A program made the position numbers and the translations under genes. Positions 51,881 through 64,000 of a stretch of 64,000 bases of DNA are shown here, in pieces. The DNA comes from Takakia lepidozioides (Eukaryota; Plantae; Bryophyta). The notes under the pieces are model-generated. The model saw nothing but the letters and a program-made list of their open reading frames with translations. It was not told where the DNA came from and did not search any database. The stretch spans positions 53,506,001 to 53,570,000 of the forward strand of contig CM060732.1 of assembly GCA_030704615.1 (NCBI GenBank). Reading direction: 5' to 3'. Every line of letters starts with the position of its first letter. Position 1 is the stretch's first letter.

Positions 51881-52649
51881 AAATAAAAAAGGCGGACTTG
51901 GTGGCAGTACAACAGCAGGGAGAGTGGAGGCTAGTTGCAGAGTAACAACTTGTAAGAGGAGCGGGGCTAGGTGAGCAGCAGCAAAAGCGGCAACATGAGG
52001 GAGAGAGCAGCGGGGGGTCCAGCGGCTGGCACGAGTTCTAGAACAGCAGCGGACCCGGGGTGAGCACCAACGCAGCAAGGGGGTCACGGGGGCGGGGCTG
52101 TTTTCACAAAAGTCTATCAGCAGCGGGGATGGAAGGCATGCGGGCCCAACATCAAAGATGAAAGAGATGAAGAAAGAGAGAAGAGAGATTGACATGCTGA
52201 ACAAACAAGATATCATAAGTTGATGAGAGAGTGAGGGAGGTGGTGAGAGGGTGACCAAACGGTGGCATAACTGTAAAAGCACTTTTCATCCACTCTGTCA
52301 TCCCTGCGCGTATGGAGGGATGCATGGATCATTAAATGTTTTGGTTTGGACCAATAAATATATTTAAGACCAAAAGGTCATGACCATAACTCTATATTGA
52401 CCTACTACTAATCCATAACAAACTACACGAACTAATGAACGAAAGTGAGAGTTCCAGGCCTGTTCTAAAATGCTATGGCACTTATTTGGTTGTTTGTTTA
52501 GACCACGTGGTTATTTTTCATATTTTTTAGCTTATGTGACGTCTTTTTTTTTCCTTTATATTTTTTATTTATTTTATATTAAACTAAAGTGATGTAGTCC
52601 CCGTCAGCGTCAGATTCGACGTGACTTGACGCGACTTGACATCACGTTA

Positions 52650-53590
52650 GTGTACAACTCTGCTATAAAACCATAACTAGGTGCTGGCTTCCGACATGTA
52701 ACTAAACGTTAAGGGACATATAGCTCTGTATTATGTTGCAACGCCTAACTTCATGCTATCCCTAAAACACGTAAAGGCTAGATATGCCTGAATTGTCGCG
52801 AAACTACGTGATCTGCTCAGATTTGTAGCTGTGTGTTATGTTTCAAATCATAACTCTGCAGCGACGCTGTCCCGTTACAAAACAAATACAAGAAAAATCA
52901 AATGGGAGCAGACTTCATAATAACAATGGACTTCCTTACGCGCATCTCTGGAAAAATCGACGTTCTTCCCCAACATACCCTAGGTGGTACGTTTAGTGGA
53001 AGTAACATGCTGTTACCAAACCATACATAACCCACAGCTAGGTGTAGGTCACAACATAACGGCCAGGTATCTTTCCACACGTATCTAGATCTAGCGCATA
53101 TAGTTTAGCTTTCAGCTGACTAGACACATTGAACTACATGTTATGTTCCAAGAACTAACTTTTAGCTATCTCTCAACGCGTAACAACTAGATATGCCGAA
53201 AATATCGCGGAACTCCGCGATCTGCGTAGTGACGTAACATACTGTTATGTTTCAACCCATAACTAAATACCGGCTTCCGACATGTAACTATACGCTAAGT
53301 GACATATACCTCTCTGTTATGTTGCAAAGCCTAGCTCAGCGCTATCCCTAAACACGTAACTGATAGATATGTCGGACCTGTCGCGGAACTAAGCGATCTG
53401 CTCAGGTACATAGCTGTATGTTATGTTTCAAACCATAACTGTACAGCGACACTGTCCCGTTACAAAACAAATACGAGAAAAATCGAATGAGAGCAGACTT
53501 CATAATAACAAGGGACTTTCTTACGCGCATCTCCGGAAAAATCGACGTCCTTCCCCAACATACCCTAGGTGGTACGTTTAATGGAAGAAT
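52650..53590. repeat. Internally repetitive block with a ~330-bp direct duplication
   Basis: ~52660-52995 is similar to ~53255-53590; recurring gttatgtttcaa/cataact units. Confidence 0.8.
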
Positions 53591-53699
53591 TGTATTTCAG
53601 AGTAGTTGGTATGTATTCCGAATGTGAAAGGTAATCCTCCCACGTGAGGGTGTTGTTCATAAAAGATACATAATTATGAAATTCCAACACCTACGTGTG

Positions 53700-54065
53700 C
53701 ACACTTTTGAGCCGGATCCTTTGAAGATTTGACGAGGGATATCACCACAATCAAGCATTGTCTTTATCCATTCCTTTAGCCTTTAGGTCCTCCAAAATAA
53801 ATGGAGCAAATTGAGATGGATGGTTAACTGACCGATGATCCAGAATTCTATGGTTATGATTATCTTCCACGTTTGTATTGTCTCAATGATGATATGTTAC
53901 CCCAACAATTGATGGATACAAGAATAATTGTTTGACCGAGAACTTGTAAACACAATCACAGTTAGATGTTTCATAAAACATACTTTTGTCTTTTTGTTTC
54001 TTGCGATTGTTAGTTCTTGGTGGTAATGATTTTCGATGGTAATTTTGTGCATACGCAATGCGCAT
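53700..54065 (-). mobile_element. Possible Mutator-like transposase N-terminal remnant
   Basis: CDCVYKFSVKQLFLYP..YHH..H resembles a WRKY/GCM1-type zinc finger; highly degenerate. Confidence 0.35.
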
Positions 54066-54149
54066 TGGTACCTATAGTCTGGTCATATACTTCTTAGTCA
54101 ACTAGTTTTCACAATGTGACTAGACATTTGATAAGATACAAACAAAACA

Positions 54150-54943
54150 TTATAGAAAAAACACTTCAAAGTACATAAGCTTAAATAACATACCATTTGT
54201 GAGTGATGAAATTGTTTTCGTTGGGAATTGACATATGACAATATCTGCGAGTGCTTGGTTAATTTTCACCACCCTCAATCGCTCTAGAATTCCTGCCGCT
54301 GGAGGTGTAGATCCATTCAAACTATTCAAATGAGGCTCAAACATGATGTGCTTGTCAATCACGAAAACATGTGGTTTGTTATACCATTGTGCGTACACAT
54401 TGGGATTCCGGCAGGTAATAAGAACCAAACCGGTGTGTCTGGATTTTTCATTCCTGTCGATGTTGTCAAAGTGGATGCCCGTCAGATTGTCTTTGCCCAT
54501 GATGCTGTGGAGAGCGGTTCATTGACAGATTGAGAGTGTAAGGGATTGAGGTTTTTGATGACTTGGGTAAGGGCATCGCGCTCTGTGATAATCTCCTGGG
54601 GTGTTGCAGCTTGTCCTGTCATGCTAGTGCGACGAGTGTGGACCTGAGGTTTGATAAGCGTGTGATTAACGCATACGCCTTTTACCATCCTACGCTGCCT
54701 GATATCTTCAACAACCATGCAGATGAAACAAAACTTCGTGTCGGGGCCAGGTTTGGAAACGTGGATTATTTCGTCACCGTGAAGATATGTTTCCATGATA
54801 ATATGCCTGGTTAATTTGTCACTAGTTGTCCCCAACAGAGATTTGCTCGCCATGTGGAGAGACAAATGGTCTAGTGAAGCAGGCAAGTCGAAGGCCTTTT
54901 TGATTTTTCCTTGAATATTTGCTGACAGACTGTAATTTTTCAT
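54150..54943 (-). other. Frameshifted ORF pair of unknown, probably TE, origin
   Basis: ORFs 54482-54943 and 54150-54500 overlap in tandem. A peptide matches the insertion at 2008-2070. Confidence 0.35.
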
Positions 54944-55799
54944 CCGAAAATTGAAAAGACAATCCAGATCCCAAGGCTTGGGGTTGAGATAAAATACTTA
55001 TGATCTTAAGGGGAGTGTTTTCGACCCTTAAGAGAGACCTTATATGAGATCTTGCACGATGATTTACTTTTCTTGCAAGAAGAAGAGTCTACTTGTATAT
55101 CTAGGCAATGATCTATGGTTCGTTAAATAGTTAGGAAAATTTTCCACATTATGCATGTTATTCTGAATTTAGGATTTTTTTGGTAATATTAATTTGATAA
55201 CTTGCTTTTCTGTTTAGAAATTAGCGTAACAATAAAATCAGTAATATTTTAATTTATGATTTATGATTTTTATATTATAAAATCTATTTAAATAATATTA
55301 TTTTTCTAATTTTTCTCTTGCAAAATGATCTTTAATAAGTAATTGCCTTATAACATGGGAGGGAAATATGGTGTTATTTGGAGAGTATTTTTTCTTACTA
55401 GGATAAAGTTGCTCGGGATAGTGGGGTAAAATGATGGTTTCTGATACGTAGGTATTGTCTCGAGAAACGTGAAGCGACCTAGACTTAAACAACTTGCCCT
55501 TACGTCATGGATATAGCTCCGGAACTTGGAAGTTGGTCCCCACATGGGAGAGGACCTCCCGATAAGCCTTAACAGATTCATGGGTGAAATTGTGTTAATC
55601 GTCCGCTCATGACTTTAATCACAAAGACGATGATATCAGGTCGCGTCGGATCTGACGTTGATCTAGCCCTGCATCACGTCAGTTTTATATAAAATAGAAT
55701 TAATAGCTACATTACATAACTAAAAAACGAAAAATGTCATGTCAGCTATAATGATTTATTAAATATTATTTTTCTAAATCGAGATTGTCAAAAAAATAT

Positions 55800-57000
55800 G
55801 CATTAAATTGAGACCACCAGTTCTGGCGGTCGCAATTTTTTAAGAAAATATTCCATAAGCTAAGACCACCAGCTTTAGAGGTCCAGATATTTTAAGATTT
55901 AATTATCAAAATATGAAAATATTTAAGAAAATATTTATTATTAAATAAATCGGGATTGCCAGCTCTAGCGGTCTCGGGATTTTTTAAAATATTAAATGAA
56001 ACGAGACCGTCACAGAGCGTCCCATTTTATTTAATAGATAAAATTAAAACCACCAGAACTGGCAGTCTTATTATTATTATTATTATTATTAAATTAAATT
56101 CGGGACTGCCACAACTATTGATCACAATTTTACAAAAAAATTAATTCTTCTTTATATTATATTCGAGACCGCTAGAGCTTAGGATCCATATTTTTTTTTT
56201 AAATTTTTTTTCTTTTATTACATGCAGGACCAACAAAGCTGGTGGTCCCAATTTTTTTTATTTTTTTTCTAATTAAATCTTGGATACAAGAACTGGCAGT
56301 CGCATTTTTTTTAATTATTTTTCAGTAAAACTAGCGGCCCATTTTATTTAATAAATAAAATTAAAACACCAGAACTGGCTATCTTATTTTTTTAATTATT
56401 ATTTAATTAAATTCGGGACTGCCACAGCTATTGATCCCAATTTTTTAAAGTTTTTAATTCTTCTTTATATTATATTCGAGCTTAGGATCCATATTTTGTT
56501 TTTCTTTTTAAACTTTTTCTTTTATTACATACAGGACGGACAAAGTTGGCGGTCCCAAATTTCTATTTTGTTTTTTTCTAATTCAATCTTGGATATAAGA
56601 ACTGGCGGTCGCAATTTTTTTAATTATTTTTCAGTAAAATCGGGACCGCCAGCAACTGTCGGTCCCAATTGTATAAATTAAAAAAAAAAATGGACCGCCA
56701 TCTCTTGCGGTCATGATTTTATCCTAAAAGAAGAATTCAAAAATAAAAATGAATTGGAACCGCCAGCTCTGGCGGTCATGATTTTATCCTAAAAGAAGAA
56801 TTCAAAAATAAAAATGAATTGGAACCGCCGGCTCTGGCGGTCATGATTTTATCCTAAAATAAAAAAATAAAAAATAAAAATAAATTGGTACCGCTGGCCC
56901 TGGGATCGTCAGAGCTGATAGACACATTTAATTAAATATTTTTCAAAAATCAGGACTGCTAGAGCTGACGGTCTCGAAATTTATTAAATAATAATCTTAA
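55800..57000. repeat. AT-rich array of short palindromic motifs (gaccgccag..ctggcggtc) with ~63-bp tandem units at 56690-56890
   Basis: Seen directly; related motifs at 47050-47240 and 63380-63800. Confidence 0.75.
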
Positions 57001-60000
57001 ATATCGGGGGGAGTTGCACAAGTATTCTTTTAGGATCTCGAAAATAGAAATAGTTTTTAAGGATGTCGTGAGATGCATATACTATATTTCTTAGTCGATT
57101 TGCCTAAGAAGCATTTAAAGTCAAGCAATATGCCTAGGTCTGATTGAGTCATTTAGAATTGATTTTAGATCTAGCGGTCGAGATCATTTATTTTTTGTAT
57201 CATCTTCAATTCTTTAAGGCATTTTCGTCCACTCCAAGTATAGTATTGACTCAATCAGAATTGACTTTCACAAGTACAACTCCATCTACACCTTGCACAT
57301 TATCACTGATAGAACGTGCAAAATACACTCGTCAGTTGTCTTACATGCATTACCGAAAGGAATTGTATCAATTTGTTTAACAAGGTCTTCCAATTCACAA
57401 TATGCAAGAACACGCTTGAATGGTGGAGTAGAAGGAAATTTGATGACAAATACGCTTATAACTTACAAAAACAAGAAAATGTAACTAAGTACTTGTAAGA
57501 AAATAAAAAAATATATACAAAAAAATAAAGAAAGATATAGAGATATTAGATGAATACTTGGGTAGCTATGCAATGACCATCATAAGCAGTATGCGTATAA
57601 TGAACTTGCTGCCGCTGATTGCGAACATCCCGATTTGTCACAACAGCAAAATAGTACAAGGGAAGGTCACAAGATGGACGTCTCTAGTAGATCTAGCTAT
57701 CAAGGACGAAAACATGACTGAACACAAATCAGAGATCAGACTAGAGGTGCAAGACTAGACAAGAAGTCAAGGCCGGCGTGGCCGAATGCATGATGAGTAA
57801 ATATGAATCAAGACGATATTTATAACAATGAACAAGAGTACAAGATATTGGAACACGACTTTAATACTGGAAATGTTGGAAACGGGACTGGAGTACCAGA
57901 TATTGGAAACTGGGCTAGAATACTAAGAACTGGACTGAAGTACTGGAACTGGGAACAAGAGTAGCTTGAACTGGTGTTGGCAAAATTGAAGAGTGTTCAG
58001 TCTCGCCTCCTATATATATTGGCGACTAAAAGGCTTCCCTCAGAAGCTTCCCCTATAGAGGTTTCTTGCTGGAGAAGTTCCCAAGATTAAACAAAAGTTT
58101 CTTGATGGAGAAACTTTCTTAAACAAATGAGGTATCTTGATGGAGAAGTTTCCTCCAAAAGAAGCTTCCTGAGCAATTTCTCAAGTTATTCTTGGTAATT
58201 TGATAAACTCCCGGTAACTTGGTAAGTATTGATAAATCATGGTAGATAATGGTAATCACGGTAAGTAACTTTTGATAACATGATAACTTGATAACTTCTG
58301 GTATTTACTCCTGGTAAGTTCCTCTGGGCTATGTTCGTGACACTAGCCCCAATGTTTTTGAACAAGACATATGTGATAACCGCAGACCCAAACTCTTGCA
58401 CAGCCATTCAAACTCTGCAATAAATGTTACGTTACGTTACGTGAGACTTGATGCTGACATGACTTGTGTCAAGTCAGTTTTGAATCATGAAATTGTAAAT
58501 TATAAAAGAATGAAAAAACGTGACACGTAAGTATACACATTTCTCCTAGTAAAATTACAAGCAGATATTTTTATATTTTTAATTAAAAAATTGGATGACG
58601 GTTTGATGGTCGTTCAACTATCATCTATTTGTCACTATCGTCTTGCTGGCATCCGAATTATTAAGAAAAAAAAAACAAAAAAAAAAAACATAACCATCGT
58701 CACCTTGCAGTCGTTCGAAACGGAATATTATTAAATAATTAATTTCAAAAAATAAAATAAAAAATTGCATAGCCACCATCGTCTGACGCCAAGCAATCGT
58801 CTTAGCGGTCGTCTGACTGTCACTTATCTCTCATAGATATTCAAATGTACCACCCGAGTGAAGAGCCGCAAATATAAGTTTAAGCTTCATTATTTCCGAG
58901 GTCTCATATAGCGACATGTACAACGTGCTATAGTATGTAGCAGATGTGGGAAGTTGGCTTGTGGGCAAGCAGGGTTGGCTCGGATCGCTCACACCTCAGT
59001 TTTACACCCTTCGTTTCACCTGCCCAGGGCTGCCTGACACAGAAAAATTCGGCTGTTCAGAACACAATTTGACTTTTGAAGGCTTTCACCACTTCCTCGT
59101 TCACAAACTCGTGCGTCCATACGCATGCTTCCAGAAATGCGTGCCAGAACCGAGCTCGGCGAGGCGCTATGCGTTGCAAAATAATCGAAAAAATAAAAAA
59201 TAAAATAAAATAAAATAAAAATCCTAACCCTCGTTGGAGTACCGCAAATAAACCCTAACCTTTTGCCGAGGGTATGGAATTAACCGTTAATAATGGTTAG
59301 ACGGAGCTAGGAATGATGGGTCTCGAAGGCACTGCCTAACTCATAAAGTTATTGCGGATTTATAGATTTTCCATGTTATATATAAGTTTTACGTTTGTAA
59401 TTTTATCCAACGGTTAGAAATAACTTAGTTACGTATTTTAGAAAATAATATTCTAGAGATGATTAATTCTAATGTGTAATTATCTTCAATATAAAAAGTT
59501 ATTATATATATATATATGCATATTTTCAGAGAGATGTCCTAGTGTAAATACTATTTAGTAGGCAAATAACAAAATTTTATTACAGCTAACCAATGTTGAT
59601 GTTTATTTTCTTTGTAAATATTTGTATTAATTTTTAATGTAAAATATAGAGATATTTATTTATCTCAATTATATTATGTGAGTGAAGAGTGGATAACCAA
59701 TTAAACCATTCTAAGAAAAATCAACCCAATAGCATTCCGATTTGAATCCCCGCTCTATGGGTCCCCAATAACTACCCTAACCACTAAACCAATGTTCAAA
59801 TTTTTAAATAAAAAAATAATATATTAACTACTTGTGTAGGTGCAAAATCAGTGATCTAAGTCTCTAAAACTTTTAGCGCATTCTCCCTTCTTTGAAATTA
59901 ATATGTGAAGATCTGGATCTCCGATCTTGCTAGAATTTGGGCCTAGAGTTAGTATTATCATAATTCTATCCAATCACCTATTTCTATTATGGAAAAACGC

Positions 60001-61029
60001 AAGGAGAAGACCCTAAGGCAACTCATTTTTGCTCAATTTCTAGAATCAAATTCTAAGGACTTAGCCACAAAAACAAGAAATCCCTTAGTAATTGTATATT
60101 TCCTTCTTTGGAAATTATTATTTGAAGATCTGGACCTCCGATCTTGCTAGAATCTGGTCCTAAAGGTAGTTCTTCCCAAGTTCCAACCATCTAGTTTTAT
60201 CATCTAAAAACACAGAGGGAAAAACACTAGGGCAACTCGAATTTGCCCAAAATCCAGACTTAAAATGCAAAATACTTGGCCAAAAAAAAACTCTAAAATG
60301 TATTCAAAGAATCCAGAATTAATCACTTAGATATGATACTGCTGCAGTAGAAAGAAAACAACATAGTAATTGTTCTTAAGTTCTATTCAATCTAGTTACT
60401 GAATGTAAGTACTCACAGTGTCGTGAAGATGACCACATGCGGGGGCTCTCGTACTTTCTTACCTACGATATCCTTTCTAATTACACTGAATAGTGAAGTC
60501 AACTGGTCAGGTCATCAGATCAGTGTATCACACATGGGTCCTCACAACATAGTCCTTCTTGTTAACTTGAGTTGGTTCAGTCTACCAAATACTATCATAG
60601 TAAGGAAATGAAATTCTTGAAAGTCTGAAACCCTCAACTTAAAACAACGACACTTCCCCCATAATCGTTCTATATGCTTAGTCAGTGAGTAATCACAAAA
60701 TCCCATCGGTTAGTACTATACCAGATGCACTCAACAGCCCATAAGTACAAAAATCACAGTGTTAAAATTTCAGCTTTGAAAAATCGAATATCTCGATAGT
60801 GATCTCGGAATACTATTCTGAAAGTCATTTGTAGCCCAGTTAGGATAATTCTATGCTAGTAAGTTGATTATAACACCATTTGGGTTGTAGAGAATACACA
60901 CAAAATCTTGCATATGTTGTATTTGTATCAACTGAAGTTTCCATTGAAAACAGCTAAGCCACATATCTCTCTTACAACCGCTATTTCTGCTCTTATGACT
61001 ACATCAGTTTCAGGTTCCTGCTTGGTTTT

Positions 61030-61790
61030 TTTCCTCGATAAATTTTCTGGTTACAATCAGATCACGATTACAGAGGAAGATCGGCCAAAGACTACATTTA
61101 CTACCGATTGGGGTACTTATGCCTATAAGATCATGTCTTTCGGACTTTGCAATGCTCCTGCTACGTTTCAACGAGTGATGACTGCAGTCTTTCACGACTA
61201 TTTGCGGTTATTTCTGAAAATATTTTTGGATGATTTTTGTGTCTATAGTAGTAAAGCAACACATGCTGAGATATTGAAGCTGTGTTTTAAAAAATGTAAG
61301 GAGTATGAAATCTCCCTGAATGTAGACAAATGTCAATTTTTTGTTACCAATGGGAAACTATTAGGCCATATTGTATCAATTCGAGGAATATCGACTGACC
61401 ACACCAAGATTGAGATTATTGTCCAATTACTTACTCTCACGACAGTGACGAAGGTATGTGCATTTTTGGAGTATGTGGATTATTATCGCCGCTTTCTCCG
61501 TCGATATGCCGAGATTGCCTTACTTTGACGCAATTATTGAAACATGATGCCGAGCAATAATGGACAAAAGAATGTCATCATTCCTTTCATGAATTAAAAG
61601 GGCGATTTGATAAAGATGTCTATCTTGATTTTCCCCGATTGGAATAAGGAGTTTCAGATATATGTGGATGCCTCAAACTATGTCATTGATAGCGTTTTAA
61701 GTCAGAAAGATGAAAAGACATTCTATCATCCGATATATTTTGCAAGTCGTCAATTGGCTGCAGCGGAGAAAAATTATACTACGAGATAGA
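61030..61790 (+). mobile_element. Old Ty3/Gypsy RT-RNaseH fragment (a different family)
   Basis: FLDKFSGYNQI, KTTF, MSFGLCNAPATFQR, FLDDF, YVDASNY, YFASRQL..AEKNYTT. Confidence 0.9.
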
Positions 61791-64000
61791 CTACACTAGT
61801 TTCAATGATATTCCCTCTATTATCTATCAACTCTATCCCATTAGCTGAGATCAAATACCATTGTTCATCTAATTCTCTCCTCCAGTAATCTACTTGATAC
61901 AAAGTCAATAGCTCTCGATACCATCCTTTACTCACTAGCCATAAATTGATTATCTCTCTGTCACTACATTGCAGTCTTCTAAAGATATCTAACGACAGAC
62001 TATTAGGTAGTCCATTAATTAATTCTATAAAATCTACTATCTGTTCTTTTCCACATATCACTATCGATTAATCTTCAAGATAGCCTTCAAACGATCTATA
62101 CCATGTCTGCACCCAACTGTGCTTTCAATAATAAAAATGATCAACTCTGATACTTCTTTTATTCTCTCACCATTGCTCTATGTCATGCAAACGATTTTAC
62201 TTCACTATTATACTCCTCCAGTTAATCCAACCGAAGACTTTCTATTTTCATGTCCTTAATCTGCTCTTTCATGAACTCTGGGCAACCATCTATCGGACAA
62301 CATCACATACTCATCCACTTATTTCCCAATTGACGATGTTTATATAGAATTGATAATTCTTTTCTTCAGACTTTACTCACACTTTCTATTCGAACTAACT
62401 CTGCCTCATTGTAAGATAAACTCTTAAATATCCGAATCGATATTTCACTGGATAAACCAGAAATTAATTTTCGCTTGGAATTTTTTTTCTCTCCATTTAT
62501 GTACATTCTCACTATCTCATATATTTATAGTTCTTCAACCATTACATTCAGAATTGGATTCTCATTTCATCATTCCATTATATAGTGCTATTGTTGTTCT
62601 GAATCTCTTGCTCCGTCCTCTTTCGTATCTATAGTCAAAATGTTTTGGCAGTCCTCCATAATGACAAGTTCTCAAGTTTGCATAAATCTAGTTGTTGAAA
62701 CGAGCCATCACTGGTGTGGCTCCAATGACGCTCTCCGAACTGAGGCTCTTCATTTTATCGAAGATGAAGTCGTACGAAGGACATGACAAGGTGTGGTCAT
62801 GTCACATGGCAGGAAACAAACGCTGTACAATAGTGGAATTGAGTGCCCTGAAGCACACATACACTATGGACGAGGACGGACAGATGGATGTGGTGCTTGC
62901 CCATGTCCACCCGGGGTTTGTTGATAGAATAGTTTTCAGGACATTCAAGCACATGTCATCCAGGTTTGATGACGAAATGTCTATAGATTGGGGATACTAC
63001 ATTTTCATGGGGGGGACATGGGTGTAGGAGTTCGTTACTCTCCTCCTCTTCACCATTTAGTGGAATGTAATAGTTGATGCATCCCCAGAACCTAAGCAGT
63101 GACACAAGAAATATAGTGTCAAAAATGCAAAAGAAGAGTTTAATTCTTTCCTTCACATGACAATTTGACTGTCGCGATTTTATATATTTTGGAAAAATAA
63201 AATAAAAATCATATTGTTTCCTCCTTCGTATAGTTGTCAATTATCACGTGGCGTAAACACGTTAGACATTACGTCCCAAACGACATTACATTGAGTAATT
63301 ATTTTTTACTTTCACACGATCGAGATGACAACCTACATGGTTTTTTAATTAATTAATTAATTATAATTTTTTAGAATGAATTGTCGGGGGATGTACAATC
63401 GTCCAATGACCGCTTGGCAACGGTGATCATGGGGCAACCGTGGGACGACCGTCCGACAACGGTGGATATGTTTCTTTTTATAAAAAATAAAATAAAATCG
63501 GGACCGTCAGCACCGTCAGAGTTGGTGGTTTCAATTATTATTATTATTATTATATTAAATATTAAATATTGGGACCCTAGAGCGGACGCAACCTCACGTC
63601 ACTGACACAGATAATTTTCCCATTTTCAAATTAGGACCACGAACTTAGGCGATCTCAATTTAGTGAAATAAAAATGATCCCGAGTCTATCAAGAGAAATT
63701 TATTAGAAACAAATTGGGGTCCCTGCTCTGGTGATCCTAATTCTATCCATAAGAAATAAAATAATCAGGACCGCATATTCTCGGGGATCCGTTTATTTCT
63801 TAAAAATTAAAATAAAATATTTTGTGCTCTCAAATTTTTTTTATTTAAATTTGGGGGATGGTTATTTGGATGATCCCACTGGCCCACCTGCTGCACCAAG
63901 CCCCTCACCAAGCCCCAACCTTCCCTACATCTTGCCACTGCTCTCTGTACTCCTGCAACAGCCACAACCATAACCACTAGTGAGTTGCTTGGCCCACCCT

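Noticed and set aside
59735-59792. tRNA-like A and B boxes on the - strand
   Set aside because: No convincing cloverleaf; at most a SINE remnant.
62692-63027. 111-aa ORF
   Set aside because: No recognisable domain and no supporting context.

Overview
Repeat-dense eukaryotic genomic DNA, most likely from a non-seed land plant (inferred from PLS-class PPR fragments and Rubisco activase and CSI1 fragments). I found no intact host gene. The window is a scrambled mosaic of decayed transposons (LINEs, CACTA, hAT-type MITE, tRNA-derived SINEs, P-like and Mutator-like transposase remnants, two Ty3/Gypsy families) and pseudogene fragments. The main result is a Ty3/Gypsy family ('A') whose polyprotein carries a complete, non-permuted DNMT3-like cytosine-5 methyltransferase domain between protease and reverse transcriptase, plus a PHD finger after the integrase. 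At least two diverged copies are present, and they differ mostly at synonymous sites in the one MTase block I counted. Target-site duplications and reciprocal junctions indicate the region was broken up by several inversions. Other observations: OSB-type PDF-motif exons interleaved with PPR fragments, a PPR-derived ~125-bp tandem array, and a head-to-head RCA/CSI1 fragment pair. All coordinates were read by eye; boundaries of degenerate features are approximate.
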